Shown here piece by piece: positions 48,571 to 59,718 of a stretch of 64,000 nt of DNA. Both the position numbers and the translations under genes were made by a program. The stretch's first letter is position 1, and each line of letters opens with the position of its first letter. Under the pieces are notes generated by a model, which saw only the letters and a list, made by a program, of their open reading frames with translations, did no database searches and was not told the DNA's origin. Where the stretch lies: NCBI RefSeq assembly GCF_963676685.1, contig NC_092351.1, positions 81,530,001-81,594,000 of the forward strand, given 5' to 3'. Source of the DNA: Mytilus edulis (Eukaryota).

Positions 48571-51500
48571 TCTTTGATGTAATTAGTCATATAACCTATG
48601 TCATATTCAACAAATTTTTAGAATGGTGCAAGCGTCTTAACTGATGTTCGGTTTGCCTTTTTTTATTGTATAAATTTCAAGATTTAGTAAAAGTTTAATC
48701 TAAGAAGACTTAAAGATGATTCATTTAACATCAGAATCTGACTGACGAAGGATATCTGTTATCCGAAATATTTATAAATAATTACATTTATAGTTCCTTT
48801 TTATATCATTGGTGTTGTTATGTACACTTTTTAGGCGTTTATATATATATATATAATTGTGACACCATCTGATATATAGAGGTGGAAGATGAATTCAATT
48901 CAAAACAACTCAATAACACTAGAATAGACATGTAATAGTTCATTGAAATGTCTGCTATTGTTTTTTGTTCTATTTGATTCATTAGTTTAAAAAATCTGTT
49001 GTTTTGATATACATTGACGATTACTGTTAATGGCATATTAGTGATATGTACAGCATTGCCAGTTGTGCATTTTTTTACATGTACGGTCTGAAATGAATAT
49101 CTTTTTTCTTTTTAGATATAGTAGTCTGCTCTACGATAAGGTTGTTGTCGCTTTGACACATTCCCCATTTCCATTCTCAATTTTATATGATTAAATATTT
49201 ACATTCTTTTTGTATCACTGTTTTCCCTTTTTTTTTTTTGGAGTTGTTATTCTGGAATAATAAACATGCCTATTTTTAAAGAGGCATGTTTATTATTCCC
49301 GAGTTACAAAAAAAAATGAAAAAATTGGTGCTATTTATAGTTTTTGTTGTTGTACTATTTATCATTCCTATCATTCCTATTGTTTGAATTTTATACTTAT
49401 AAATCTAATCTTATCCTTTGGAACTGAAACGTTTCGTTAGGATAAGCCTCTTGAATATGTTCTAATTTCAGCTTATTATATATGACAAAAGTGTGAATAT
49501 GTAATAAGGAACCATAATAAATCCCATATTGTTTACATAATTTATATTTTAAATATCAATTTTTTTAGCATGTGACGCTAATCCTAATAACTGTCTTATT
49601 CATTCATTTTGATCAAATGATATAAGTTATACATGCACTGTGAAATGTGCCTTGCCATTTAGTATTTTCGGTACTTTTTAATAAAGAGTCCATTTTAATT
49701 TTGTTTACTGAAACCGTACAACAAAATATTGCTGGTTTTGTACTGTATACATATTGAAACCAGTATACCGAGAATTGGAATAGACCGGACGGACAACAAA
49801 TACATGTCAGGTATGATTTTTCTATAATCTTTAATCAATTTATGAAGCTACATTACAAGAGAAAAATGGGTCCTAAAATGATATGATACAAGATCTCTAT
49901 CTCCTAATACTCACCGATTTGCGGATCTAGGATTCTGAAAGGGTCCCTATCAATACAAGTTTTGGTAGATACTTGTAAAAAGTCTGCGCTTGGCTGCCAT
50001 TTCCCCTTCTCCCATCTTTAAACCGCCTCTGCTATATCATGAGGTATCAAAGAATGCTAGTAGTGATGCATTTTTAAAGTGAGCAAAACAATACCACATA
50101 ACAGGCAATCATGGAAACGAACTTGAAACCGGGAATAACAAACTGTAGTTAAAAAACCAGGATGAGTACAAACAGATATATACTACTAATTTCGCTGGTG
50201 CGTTCTAGTACATGTATAGCTGTAAGAGGTGACAAAAGGCATACCGCAAACAAAAACAAAAACAATATAGAAAGAAAACTCGTTCCTTTTGTGGTATAAT
50301 TTTTTTTTTAAGATTTCTAGAGTAACACTTAAACATCTTAATGTAGGAAAGGAAATTTTATACTGTTTACATTTGATCATTTTGAAGTAAGTTCCTTTTT
50401 CTTAATATCTATGAAATAACTTAGCAGTGGTACTTTGCAGTAATATGTGGTAACGAAATGCTTGACTTAATAATTTAATAGTAATATATAGATTACGTTC
50501 ACTGAAATCTTAAAATAAAATAGGCTTATTCAAGACGATTGGAAGTTTCAAATTACTTTGAACTGATACTTACGTCGGAACAAAGGGGAACATGCATGTT
50601 TTAATATATCCCTTTAAAAACGACGAACTCTGTATGGAGTGTGAAGCACGTTTTTTGTCTTTAATGTTAGTTTCTATTAATATCAAAATAAGCAGAGATG
50701 GTATGATTGCTAATGAGGCAACTGTCCAACCAGTTCAAAAAGAAGATGTGAGCAAAAGATTTAAGTAGCACATAAATAAGGGGAGCTGAATGATACAGCT
50801 ATTCAAAAACTATAGCAACCCTCAAATGTACATAGCTGCTGATTGAAATATATCAAATATATATGAGCTACTTAGTCAAAAATGCAAAACGGTTTTGATT
50901 TTACTTTTGAAAAATTCAAATTAATGATGTATTTAGGTGAGGTTTTGGAAATTGATGGTAGATGTTCGGACTCCCTTGTTTTTTCATCAATACAGGGTAA
51001 AATATTTTGCCCCATAACACCAATTTTTCTTTTCATAGTAGTCTTCAGTAGCTCGTAAAAGGCCATTTTCCAAAATTCAAGCAGATTCTTAATTTTTGTT
51101 CTTTCGATTTGAGACCAAAATAATACCAATGCAAATGTAAGGTAAAAGTCCGAGTTAGCCTTTTCCCGCCATTTTTTAAAACTGAAATATTTCGAAAAGG
51201 ATCTCCATGACCTATCAATATTTTTAGCTTATTTTGTTCCTTGACTGGTGCTCTTTCGACATGTAGTATCAATTTTAATTTCTTGATTTTTTAAATTTCA
51301 CCTAAGTACAGCCTTAGGCAAATTCTGATAATATATGTATGAAAATTTCACTAAATACACTGAGATGATATGTATTAAGATGTAAGATTCTTGAAATTGT
51401 AACAAATAAACAAAGTGTAGTCTCTCTATCGTGTCTTGTATAATTGGTTTTTGTACATTTGCCCCTAAAACTTAATTAAATTTGAGGAAGTTCGTTTACA

Positions 51501-52332
51501 AATTTAAAAAAGACTAGAAATAAGTAAATGAATATATTATAGAATTGACTAATTCTTTATCTATATGCATAGGTTTTAAATCGTGTATTGTCGAAGTGAA
51601 GATTTACACCAAAGATAATTTAAAAGTAAGCAATAAAGTAAACTTTAATTATTTTACGACACGCTGCTATTGTAAAAATGTACAACTTATTTGTTTTTTA
51701 ACCTTAAATTAGAAAAAAAAACAAATATCTTTGCGACACTTAAAGCAGTTCAAACCGAGATTACAGTAAATTAAAGTTTTGGTACGATCATGGTGTATTA
51801 AAATCGTTCTTTTGCAAAATTTGCATCGTGTGAAAAATGTCTGGAAAATAAGATATACATTTTCTACAAGTAAGTATATTTTTTGATAATCTCAATTTTT
51901 TTTTTTTATCTTTTAAATAAAAGAAAAGAGAGATAAACCACATGACGTCCGTTTGAATCATATTTGTTTAACACACAGTGAGCGCTGTGATTGACTTGTA
52001 GACTAGTCTGTTTGATTGCTAATGACGTCTTTACACTAAATCCATCTGATGTAAAGCTAGGTTCACACTGCCAATCAGATCAACTCGATGTTTCCGATTG
52101 TCCAAATTTCCACGACCAAGCAAGATTAAATTCTTGATCTGATTTACGACTATACACGAACTAAGCTCGAACACTCACGACTCCTTGGTGACTCCATCAC
52201 GACTCCAACCCGACCACTAATTTAATACATATTTGATAGTTCCGACCAATTCACGATCTCTACACGATTTTTACTCGACTAGCTAGACCAAATCGACTAT
52301 ACTCGATCTCAGCCTGATGTCGGCCAGACCTG

Positions 52333-53213
52333 GGGCCTGGTTTTCGAAAGTATCTTATGACTAAGACATGTCTTATGATGGTCTTAGGACATGTCATAGT
52401 CGAAAGATATGTTTTCGAAAGTGTCCTTAGTTACGATTTGTCATAACTTTTGTCGTAAACTTAAGACCCCTCGCGACATGACTTATGATGATCTTATGAT
52501 TGTCAACTAAAATTTTAATTACTTTTCATGTATAATTTCATGTTAATTGCAATAAAAATATTTATTGTGTTTCTCAGTTAGCTAAATAGTAAATATTTTA
52601 TTTTTTCTCAACTACGTGAATTAAAATTTGAATCTCCTGCGACATACAATTAGGAATTATTTTCTAACTCATGGTTTTGTATAATAAATCAACATATTAT
52701 TTCATTCCTAGCTATAGTACTATATTAACGTTTGTGCACGGGCATTTCGTTAAGCGGGTACAGTACTCGATGTACCGAATCTAAAAGGTATTCACAGTTA
52801 AATAACAATGCATGTCTGGTAATACACGGAAGCGAAGTTCAAGATTTATTATATATTACAAAATAAATTTAAAGGAATTATCAACTCATATTTCAATTCC
52901 TTTTTGTATAAAATTTTATGTTCATTATAAAGAAAAAAAAGAAATATTCGTAAATATTAAGAATGGTAATAATTAATATGTTCATATTTTTCATTTTCAT
53001 TTTTATATTTATCACTTTTTAATCATTATTTAAAATAATAGAAAATGATGTTCACCTAAATGACAGTCATAAGAGCATCATAGCTATGACTTTCGTAAGA
53101 CAGCTTTGATTTACATCCTATGACATATCATATGATAGTCATAAGATGATCATAAAATATGTCCTAAGATATATCCTACGACATATCTTATGATACTTTC
53201 GAAAACCAGGCCC
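52333..53213. mobile_element. Harbinger-like MITE (GGGCCTGGTTTTCGAAAGTATC TIRs, CWG flanks), nested
   Basis: ctg|gggcctggttttcgaaagtatc ... gatactttcgaaaaccaggccc|cag. Confidence 0.88.
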
Positions 53214-54327
53214 CAGATCGACTTGGTCGTAAATGTGTCGTATGGATAGGGGCATTGGTCGGGTATGTACAATTTCAGCAAAAAAACGTCTGCAGCAGAA
53301 GAGGCATTAATTGTCACCATTGTCCGTCCGTGAGTACGTATACGTCTGTCCCAACAATTAGTTTCCGTTCTCTAATTTTATTTTGCCTCAAACTAATTTT
53401 ATAAAACGTATACACAATGCTTAAAAACACAGAGTAAGTGCGAATTAGGGTGGCGTTACTTCGTTTTTGGGTAATAACTCTTTATAACACTTTATGCCAG
53501 CAAGGATTTTATCTGTGTTCCATGGACACATTTCCCGTTTATTATGGTTAGATTTAGTAGTTCAGAGATGGTCTGAGTAAAAATATACATTAAAAATATT
53601 TACATGGGAATAAAGCAGTTGGATTATTTGGCAAGGTGGTTAGAGCTCAGATAGACAGGTTAATATAGCTGTGACGGAGGTTGAAGAGAGCGTAGAAGAA
53701 GAACAAAAAGGGTAGACAACAAAAGGAGTGGAGAAATATAGGTGATTCAGTGACTGAGTGTGTGGGCAGTATAAATTACAATCACAAAAATACTGAACTC
53801 CGAAGAAAATTAAAAACGGAAAGTACCTAATCAAATGACAAAATTAAAAGTATGAGAGATTATCAAGAGCTGAACAAAAAGGACCCCAATGGTTATAAAA
53901 ACTTCTTACAAGTAAAGTAAGACGCAGATTTAATTTTTTATGGGAGTTTTACTTCTTTTTTCTTCAAAATGTGATTTGTCACTGGATTAGAACTGATGTT
54001 AGATAGCAATATACATACATTTTACCATCCTCTTTTCCTTGCTTTTTTACAAATTAAGCATACATATACTGTTGGTGTCATATACAAGCATATGTATGTA
54101 ATCAGTAATCTCCATATATCTGATACACAGTAGTTGAATGATTCAAGATATTTCTTTTTGGTGTATCCATGGCTTCAACCAGTTTTGTTTAACTAATAAT
54201 ATTGCAAAAAGGGGTTAAAAATATTACATATTTTACCAAAATTTGTCAAAAGTAGAAACTGTTTACATAAATCTATCACGAATTCAAATAAAAATCATTC
54301 GTCTTTCGTCTCGTATTTTTTTTAATA

Positions 54328-54774
54328 TAGAATGAAATGCAAAACAGTGTGGCTGTGGCCATTGATTGACACATTAAATTCATCCATTGACTGGGACAAT
54401 TTAGGTGAACGTTTGTATGTAACGATCACTGCTCACTATGTACTTTTTAAAGACACTTAAACTATGGGGTCACCAAAGGTTCTCAACACCTTAATAAAGT
54501 AATTCGAAAAATTAATGAGAAATAACACGAAGTTTTGATTTATATCAATTATATAAATCAAAACATAAAGGTTATTCCTGATTAATTTTTCGAATTATTT
54601 TATAATTAAAGGCGTTAAGAAACCTTTGGTGACCCCACAGTTTAAATGTCTATCGTAGGTACGTCGTGAACAGTGGTCGTTACAGACAAACGTTCACGTA
54701 AATTGTCCCAGTCAGTGGATGAATTTAATGTGTCAATCAAAGGCCACAGCCACACTGTTTTGAATTTCATTCTA
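54328..54774. repeat. 447-bp whole-length palindrome (foldback MITE)
   Basis: Arms pair from tagaatgaaat..aaaacagtgtggctgtggcc to a centre at tatatcaattatata (~54548). Confidence 0.9.
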
Positions 54775-56431
54775 AAATTGCGTCAAAAAGCATACGAAAA
54801 AAATTGTTTGTTAACAATCGACCATACAGTGCCATGTATTTGTTAATTTCTGTGTCATTTGGTGTCCTGTTTGAGTTGTCCCATGAACAATAATACCATA
54901 CCTTTTTATTTTTATACAAAAAAAAATTCTGGACATACAAAAATAGCCCATTAAACAGGAAATATAATATTGAGGTTAAATAAGACATCAACTGTCAATG
55001 AAGAATTTAAATGCACAGTTAATTTCAAATTTGAAAACTCTTTTGGGGCCGAAATGCAGGACCAACTTCCCTTCCGGAACACTTGAGATCATCCCAGGTT
55101 TTAGTGGGTTTCGTGTTGCTAAGTTTTTAGTTTTCTATGTTGGGATATGTAGACTGCTGTGTGTCTTCTTGTCGGTTTTCCTTTTTCGCTTTGGCTGTGT
55201 CGGTTTGTTTTCGACCTATGAATTTGGTTGTTCCTTTGGTCTCTCTTTTGAAATTTTACACCTCCTTGCAAATGTACAGACCCGTACTGTACACAGAGGA
55301 ATTTGTGTACAGTTAAAACTAAAGTGACAATATATTTTTGCAGAAGCAAAGTTATGAGAGTTTATCAGAGCTGCACACATTTTTAGAGAATCGTGTAACA
55401 GTCATGTATACTCGAGTATGGCCGACTAGAGATCGAAGAGTGGTCGAATGTGGTCGCGTAGAGATCTGGTATTGGTCGAGTTGGTCTTGGATTAAAAACA
55501 TATAGAAGTCGTAGTGATCATGAAGCAATCGGGCATTGGTCGAGTTAATCAGGACCACATGTCGAATAGGTTGGCGTTGATCGGGAAATGATCGGATATT
55601 AGTCGACCAAAGATCGGAATGATCGAGTACTGATCGGTAAATTATGTGTATCCCAAGCTCGATCTCTACACGATCCTTTCCCGATCAATTCGACCGCTAC
55701 TCGACGAATTATCGATCTCTTCTCGAGTGACTAGATTGTTTTTGACATATAAAAACCTCTCGGGTAGAAAGACAGATGGATGGCGACCAAGGTAGCCTCC
55801 CACCCCCGAACATTTTTGTCGATTGGGTCAGACCGGTCTCCCGATCACTTAATTTGTCTTGATCGAGTTGGTCTGATCGGCTTAAAGCTGGGTGTACTGA
55901 TTGATATTTTAGTCTTTTAATTGTAAAATTGAGAAAGGAAATGGTGAATATGTCAAAGCGACAACCACCCGACCATAGAGCAAACAACAGCCGAAGGCAA
56001 CCAATGGGTCTTCAATGTAGCGAGAATTCCCGCACCCGTAGGTGTCCTTCAGCTGGCCCCTAAAATATGCATAATAGTACAGTGATAATGGACGTCATAC
56101 TAAACTCCGAATTATACACAAGAAACTAAAATTTAAAATCATACAAGACTAACAAAGGCCAGAGGCTCCTGACTTGGGACAGGCGCAAAATTGCGGCGGG
56201 GTTAAACATGTTTATGAGATCTCAACCCTCCCCCTATACCTCTAGCCAATGTAGAAAAGTAAAAGAATAACAATACGCACATTAAAATTCAGTTCAAGAG
56301 AAGTCCGAGTCTGATGTCAAAAGATGTAACAAAAGAAAATAAATAAAATGACAATAATACATAAATAACAACAGACTACTAGCAGTTAACTGACATGCCA
56401 GCTCCAGACCTCAATTAAACTGATTGAAAGA

Positions 56432-56520
56432 TTATGTCTTCATCATATGAATATCAGGTACAATCCCTCCCGTTAGGGGTTTAGTATCATACTATCATAA
56501 AATATATGAGAAGAACATAA
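56432..56520 (-). promoter_or_regulatory. SECIS element (type 2) in the Naiad 3' UTR
   Basis: Helix I ttatgttcttctcatat / atatgatgaagacataa; core ATGA (56498-56495) opposite TGAT (56456-56453); helix II gtatgat/attgtac; AAA 12 nt after ATGA; apical ministem ccc..ggg. Confidence 0.8.
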
Positions 56521-56562
56521 CCCGTGTCATGCCAACAACTGTTTTTTTAGAAGTAAATGTGT

Positions 56563-58320
56563 TTAGTTCCGATGCAAAGACCCTATCAGTGAATCAATGT
56601 TAAAGCCAAAATATGCAATCTTTAATGACCTGACAACAGTATCGTAACTATATCCCCTTTTAATAAGTCTATTTAAAGGTTTTGTTAGTTTCTGAGGAGA
56701 ATACTGACATTTTTGTGCTTTATAAAGAATATTTCCATAAAATTTTGGATGTGAAATACCTGAACGTATAAGATGTCTGCATGTTGAGTTATATTTACGA
56801 ATTATTTCCTTATACCGGTGATAAAATTTAGTAAATGTTTTGACCAGTTTGTGATATCGAAAACCCTGGTGTAATAATTTTTCAGTAATACATAAATTTC
56901 TCTCGCTAAAATCTAATACATTGTTACATACACGAGCGAATCGTACAAGTTGAGATATATAAACACCATAAGATGGTGACAAGGGAACGTCACCATCTAA
57001 AAATGGATAATTAACAATAGGAAATGAAAAATCATCTCTTTTATCATAAATTTTTGTATTAAGCTTCCCGTTTATGATATAGATATCAAGATCGAGGAAA
57101 GGGCAGTGGTCATTGTTATCATTAGCTTTATTTAAAGTAAGTTCTACAGGATAAATTTCTTTAGTATACATACTGAAGTCGTCATTATTTAGAGCCAATA
57201 TATCATCCAAATATCTAAAAGTATTGTTAAATTTTTGTATCAAATGTTGTTTTGATGGGTCTTTGCTAATTTTAGTCATAAATTGTAACTCATAACAATA
57301 CAAAAACAGGTCCGCAATAAGTGGTGCACAGTTAGTCCCCATTGGAATTCCAATAACTTGACGATATACGGAATCTCCAAAGCGAACAAAAATGTTATCA
57401 AGTAAAAATTCAAGTGCATAAATAGTATCAAAGCATGTCCAATTGACATAGTTCTTTTGTTTATTGCTACTAAAAAATGATCTAAAAGAGTTTGAACATA
57501 TGTACTCGCATTCCGACTTTTTAAATGCCCAGTTAATTAGGGATGTGAATTTTTTCTTAATAAGAATATGAGGCAAAGTGGTATATAGGGTAGAAAAATC
57601 AAAACTTTGAACAGATTCAAAATCACCAATATATGCATGCAATTTATCAAGTACTTCCAACGAGTTTTTGACACTCCAAAAGTAATTAATTCCACTATTT
57701 TCAAAGGCCTTATTTGAACAATTTATTATCAGGTTTTTTATTGTACCAAGTGTACTAGTAAGTAAAACAGACAATTTAGTAGTTGAACAATGGCTGGAAG
57801 ATGAAATAAATCTATATTTGTAAGGTTTTTTGTGCAGCTTCGGAAGCCAGTACATAGTTGGGACTTTCATTGTGTTTGGTTCTGCTTGTAAAGAAGTAGC
57901 TAAAAGTTTATGTTTGTTACAGATGTCGTTTTCTGAAAATGAAGTCAGTTGGAATGTTGGTGAATTCGTGATTTCCTTTTGCAGAACCTCTATATAAAAT
58001 TTACGTCAAACAATAATGATATTATTAGCAGCTTTATCAGCCGGGACAAAAACAAATTCCTTGGCTAGTTCTGTTAGTTTATTTTTGATACGCGAAATAG
58101 GGTTTTTATAGTTTTTGTTGAGGGTAAAATGTTCTTTAAAATGTTGTATTCGAATATCAACTATCTTCATTACTGAATTAATAAAAGAGTCCAAAGATTT
58201 TTTGTCAGCTTTTTCCCGTTTTACCCATTTCAAACAGTAGGCGCGGAGTGAGTCGTTGATGATATTACGACACTCATTCCAGTTAATAGTTGACGGGGGA
58301 CGATATTTAGGTCCTTTACT
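56563..58320 (-). CDS. Naiad PLE reverse transcriptase (5'-partial), probable selenoprotein with in-frame TGA at 58008-58006
   Basis: ORFs 58006-58410 and 56563-57870 are in the same frame, joined by NNIIIV-TGA-RKFYIEVLQKEI...; no other stop or frameshift in 586 codons. Confidence 0.8.
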
Positions 58321-58630
58321 GTGTTTGGCTTTGAACAAGCTATCAGTACTCTTAGATTTGTACTTTGCGTCTTTTGAGTTTTGAGAGATGTATAAAAAAC
58401 CATACCACATGTTGTCTGTGTTTTTATTTGATTTTTATCTGGTTTGTATCGATTTATTCAACTGATTCTTATTATTTTGGGTACATGCTTTCTCGTTCCA
58501 ACGCCGTCCAGGGTTAAAGACAGGGCTGGCGCCCTCCAACATGTTCAACCCCGCCACATTGTTGAAGTGCTTGTCCGAATTTTAATAGTTGTCATCGATT
58601 CATGTCTATCATGTTTGTTTTCCTTATTAT

Positions 58631-58946
58631 TTTTATGAACCATTTAAGGGCATCATGTTTTCTGGTCTGTGCGTCCGTTCGTCTGTTCGAAAGTGTTGAC
58701 CCAAATTTCAAGGTCCACTGAACATGGAAATTGATAGTGCGAACTTCAGGTTAAAGTTTTTGGTCAAGGTAGTTTTTGATGAAGTTGAAGTCCAATCAAT
58801 TTGAAACTTAGTACAATTGTTTCCTATGATATGATCTTTCTAATTTTATTGTCAAATTAGAGTTTTTATCCCATATTCACCGTCCACTGAACGTAGAAAA
58901 TTGTAGTGCGGATGGGGCATCTGTGTACTAGGGACACTTTCTTGTT
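58631..58946 (+). mobile_element. HINE/pearl-like element (family of 4051-4336)
   Basis: Reverse-complement homology to 4051-4336. Confidence 0.7.
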
Positions 58947-59423
58947 GGTTATGAATTTGGTATCCTGTTAAGAACATCATCCATTAGCTTGCCTTATTCT
59001 GTGATTAGATATTATACAGTTACATGAAACAGTTTTTAAAAATCAGTATCAAGTTAAAAACCATGTGAATAGCTTAATTGTTTAAAAAAAAAATATGCAT
59101 CAATTCAAACTTAATAATTTAGCCCTAACATGACTTATGAAACTTTCTCCTTTAGTCATATTAATATTTGTTTTAATCCCAACCTTTCACAATGTTTCTA
59201 TGTTTTACAGAGACATTCCGACTGATGTTTAGACGAACCAGCATGGTAGTAAAATACATCGTATTAATTTTCTTAGTTTTGGTTACTAATAAAGTTCATC
59301 CGACATTTGCATTAACCGGTAAGTTATTTTTATGACAATTAATTATGATAATCTTAGAATTAATTCCTTTCCCAACAATTTACGTATTTATTGAGGTTTC
59401 TATACTTTTATGGACGTCAAGTT

Positions 59424-59687
59424 GGTTACCTATTCCCTATTCCCTATTCGTTACCTATTCGTTACCTATTCCCTATTCCCTATTCGTTACCTATTCGTTA
59501 CCTATTCCCTATTCCCTATTCGTTACCTATTCGTTACCTATTCCCTATTCCCTATTCGTTACCTATTCGTTACCTATTCCCTATTCCCTATTCGTTACCT
59601 ATTCGTTACATATTCCCTATTCCCTATTCGTTACCTATTCGTTACTTATTCCCCATTCCCTATCGTTACCTATGCGTTACTTATTCG
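59424..59687. repeat. 36-bp minisatellite, (tcgttacctat)2(tccctat)2, about 7 copies
   Basis: Direct inspection; gives the 12-aa repeating spurious ORFs in three frames. Confidence 0.95.
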
Positions 59688-59718
59688 ATTTTTAATATCC
59701 TTCCCCCTTTTTAATTAA

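Larger units (their letters stand above)
45244..48845 (-). mobile_element. Penelope-like retroelement (RT + C-terminal GIY-YIG), 5'-truncated, with an inverted partial pLTR and (TA)n flanks
   Basis: RT motifs [46 protein letters not shown]; GIY-YIG with CCHH region (VVYLLQC..YVGE..RMNGH..RERFWI..GINE). 282-bp inverted repeat at 45330-45611 / 48564-48845. (TA)n at both ends. Confidence 0.93.
52056..55881. mobile_element. Large composite Harbinger-like MITE remnant with nested insertions
   Basis: Left gccaatcagatcaactcgat is the reverse complement of right atcgagttggtctgatcggc. cacga/tcgac-rich segments at 52060-52330, 53215-53275 and 55400-55880 are interrupted by other sequence. Confidence 0.5.
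55925..58320 (-). mobile_element. Naiad-type Penelope-like retroelement, 5'-truncated, with intact RT and full 3' UTR
   Basis: Motifs KGPKYR, FVPADKAANN, YWLPKLHKKPYKYRFIS, FDFSTLYT, GIPMGTNCAPLIADLFLY, FRYLDD, YDKRDDF and YGVYISQL. No C-terminal GIY-YIG, consistent with the N-terminal-endonuclease Naiad/Chlamys arrangement. Confidence 0.9.

Noticed and set aside
58321-58410. N-terminus of ORF 58006-58410 (MWYGFLY...)
   Set aside because: Lies beyond the apparent 5' truncation, in an unrelated degraded repeat; RT similarity starts at about SKGPKYR.
59345-59718. Three overlapping ORFs with 12-aa repeats
   Set aside because: By-product of the 36-bp minisatellite.
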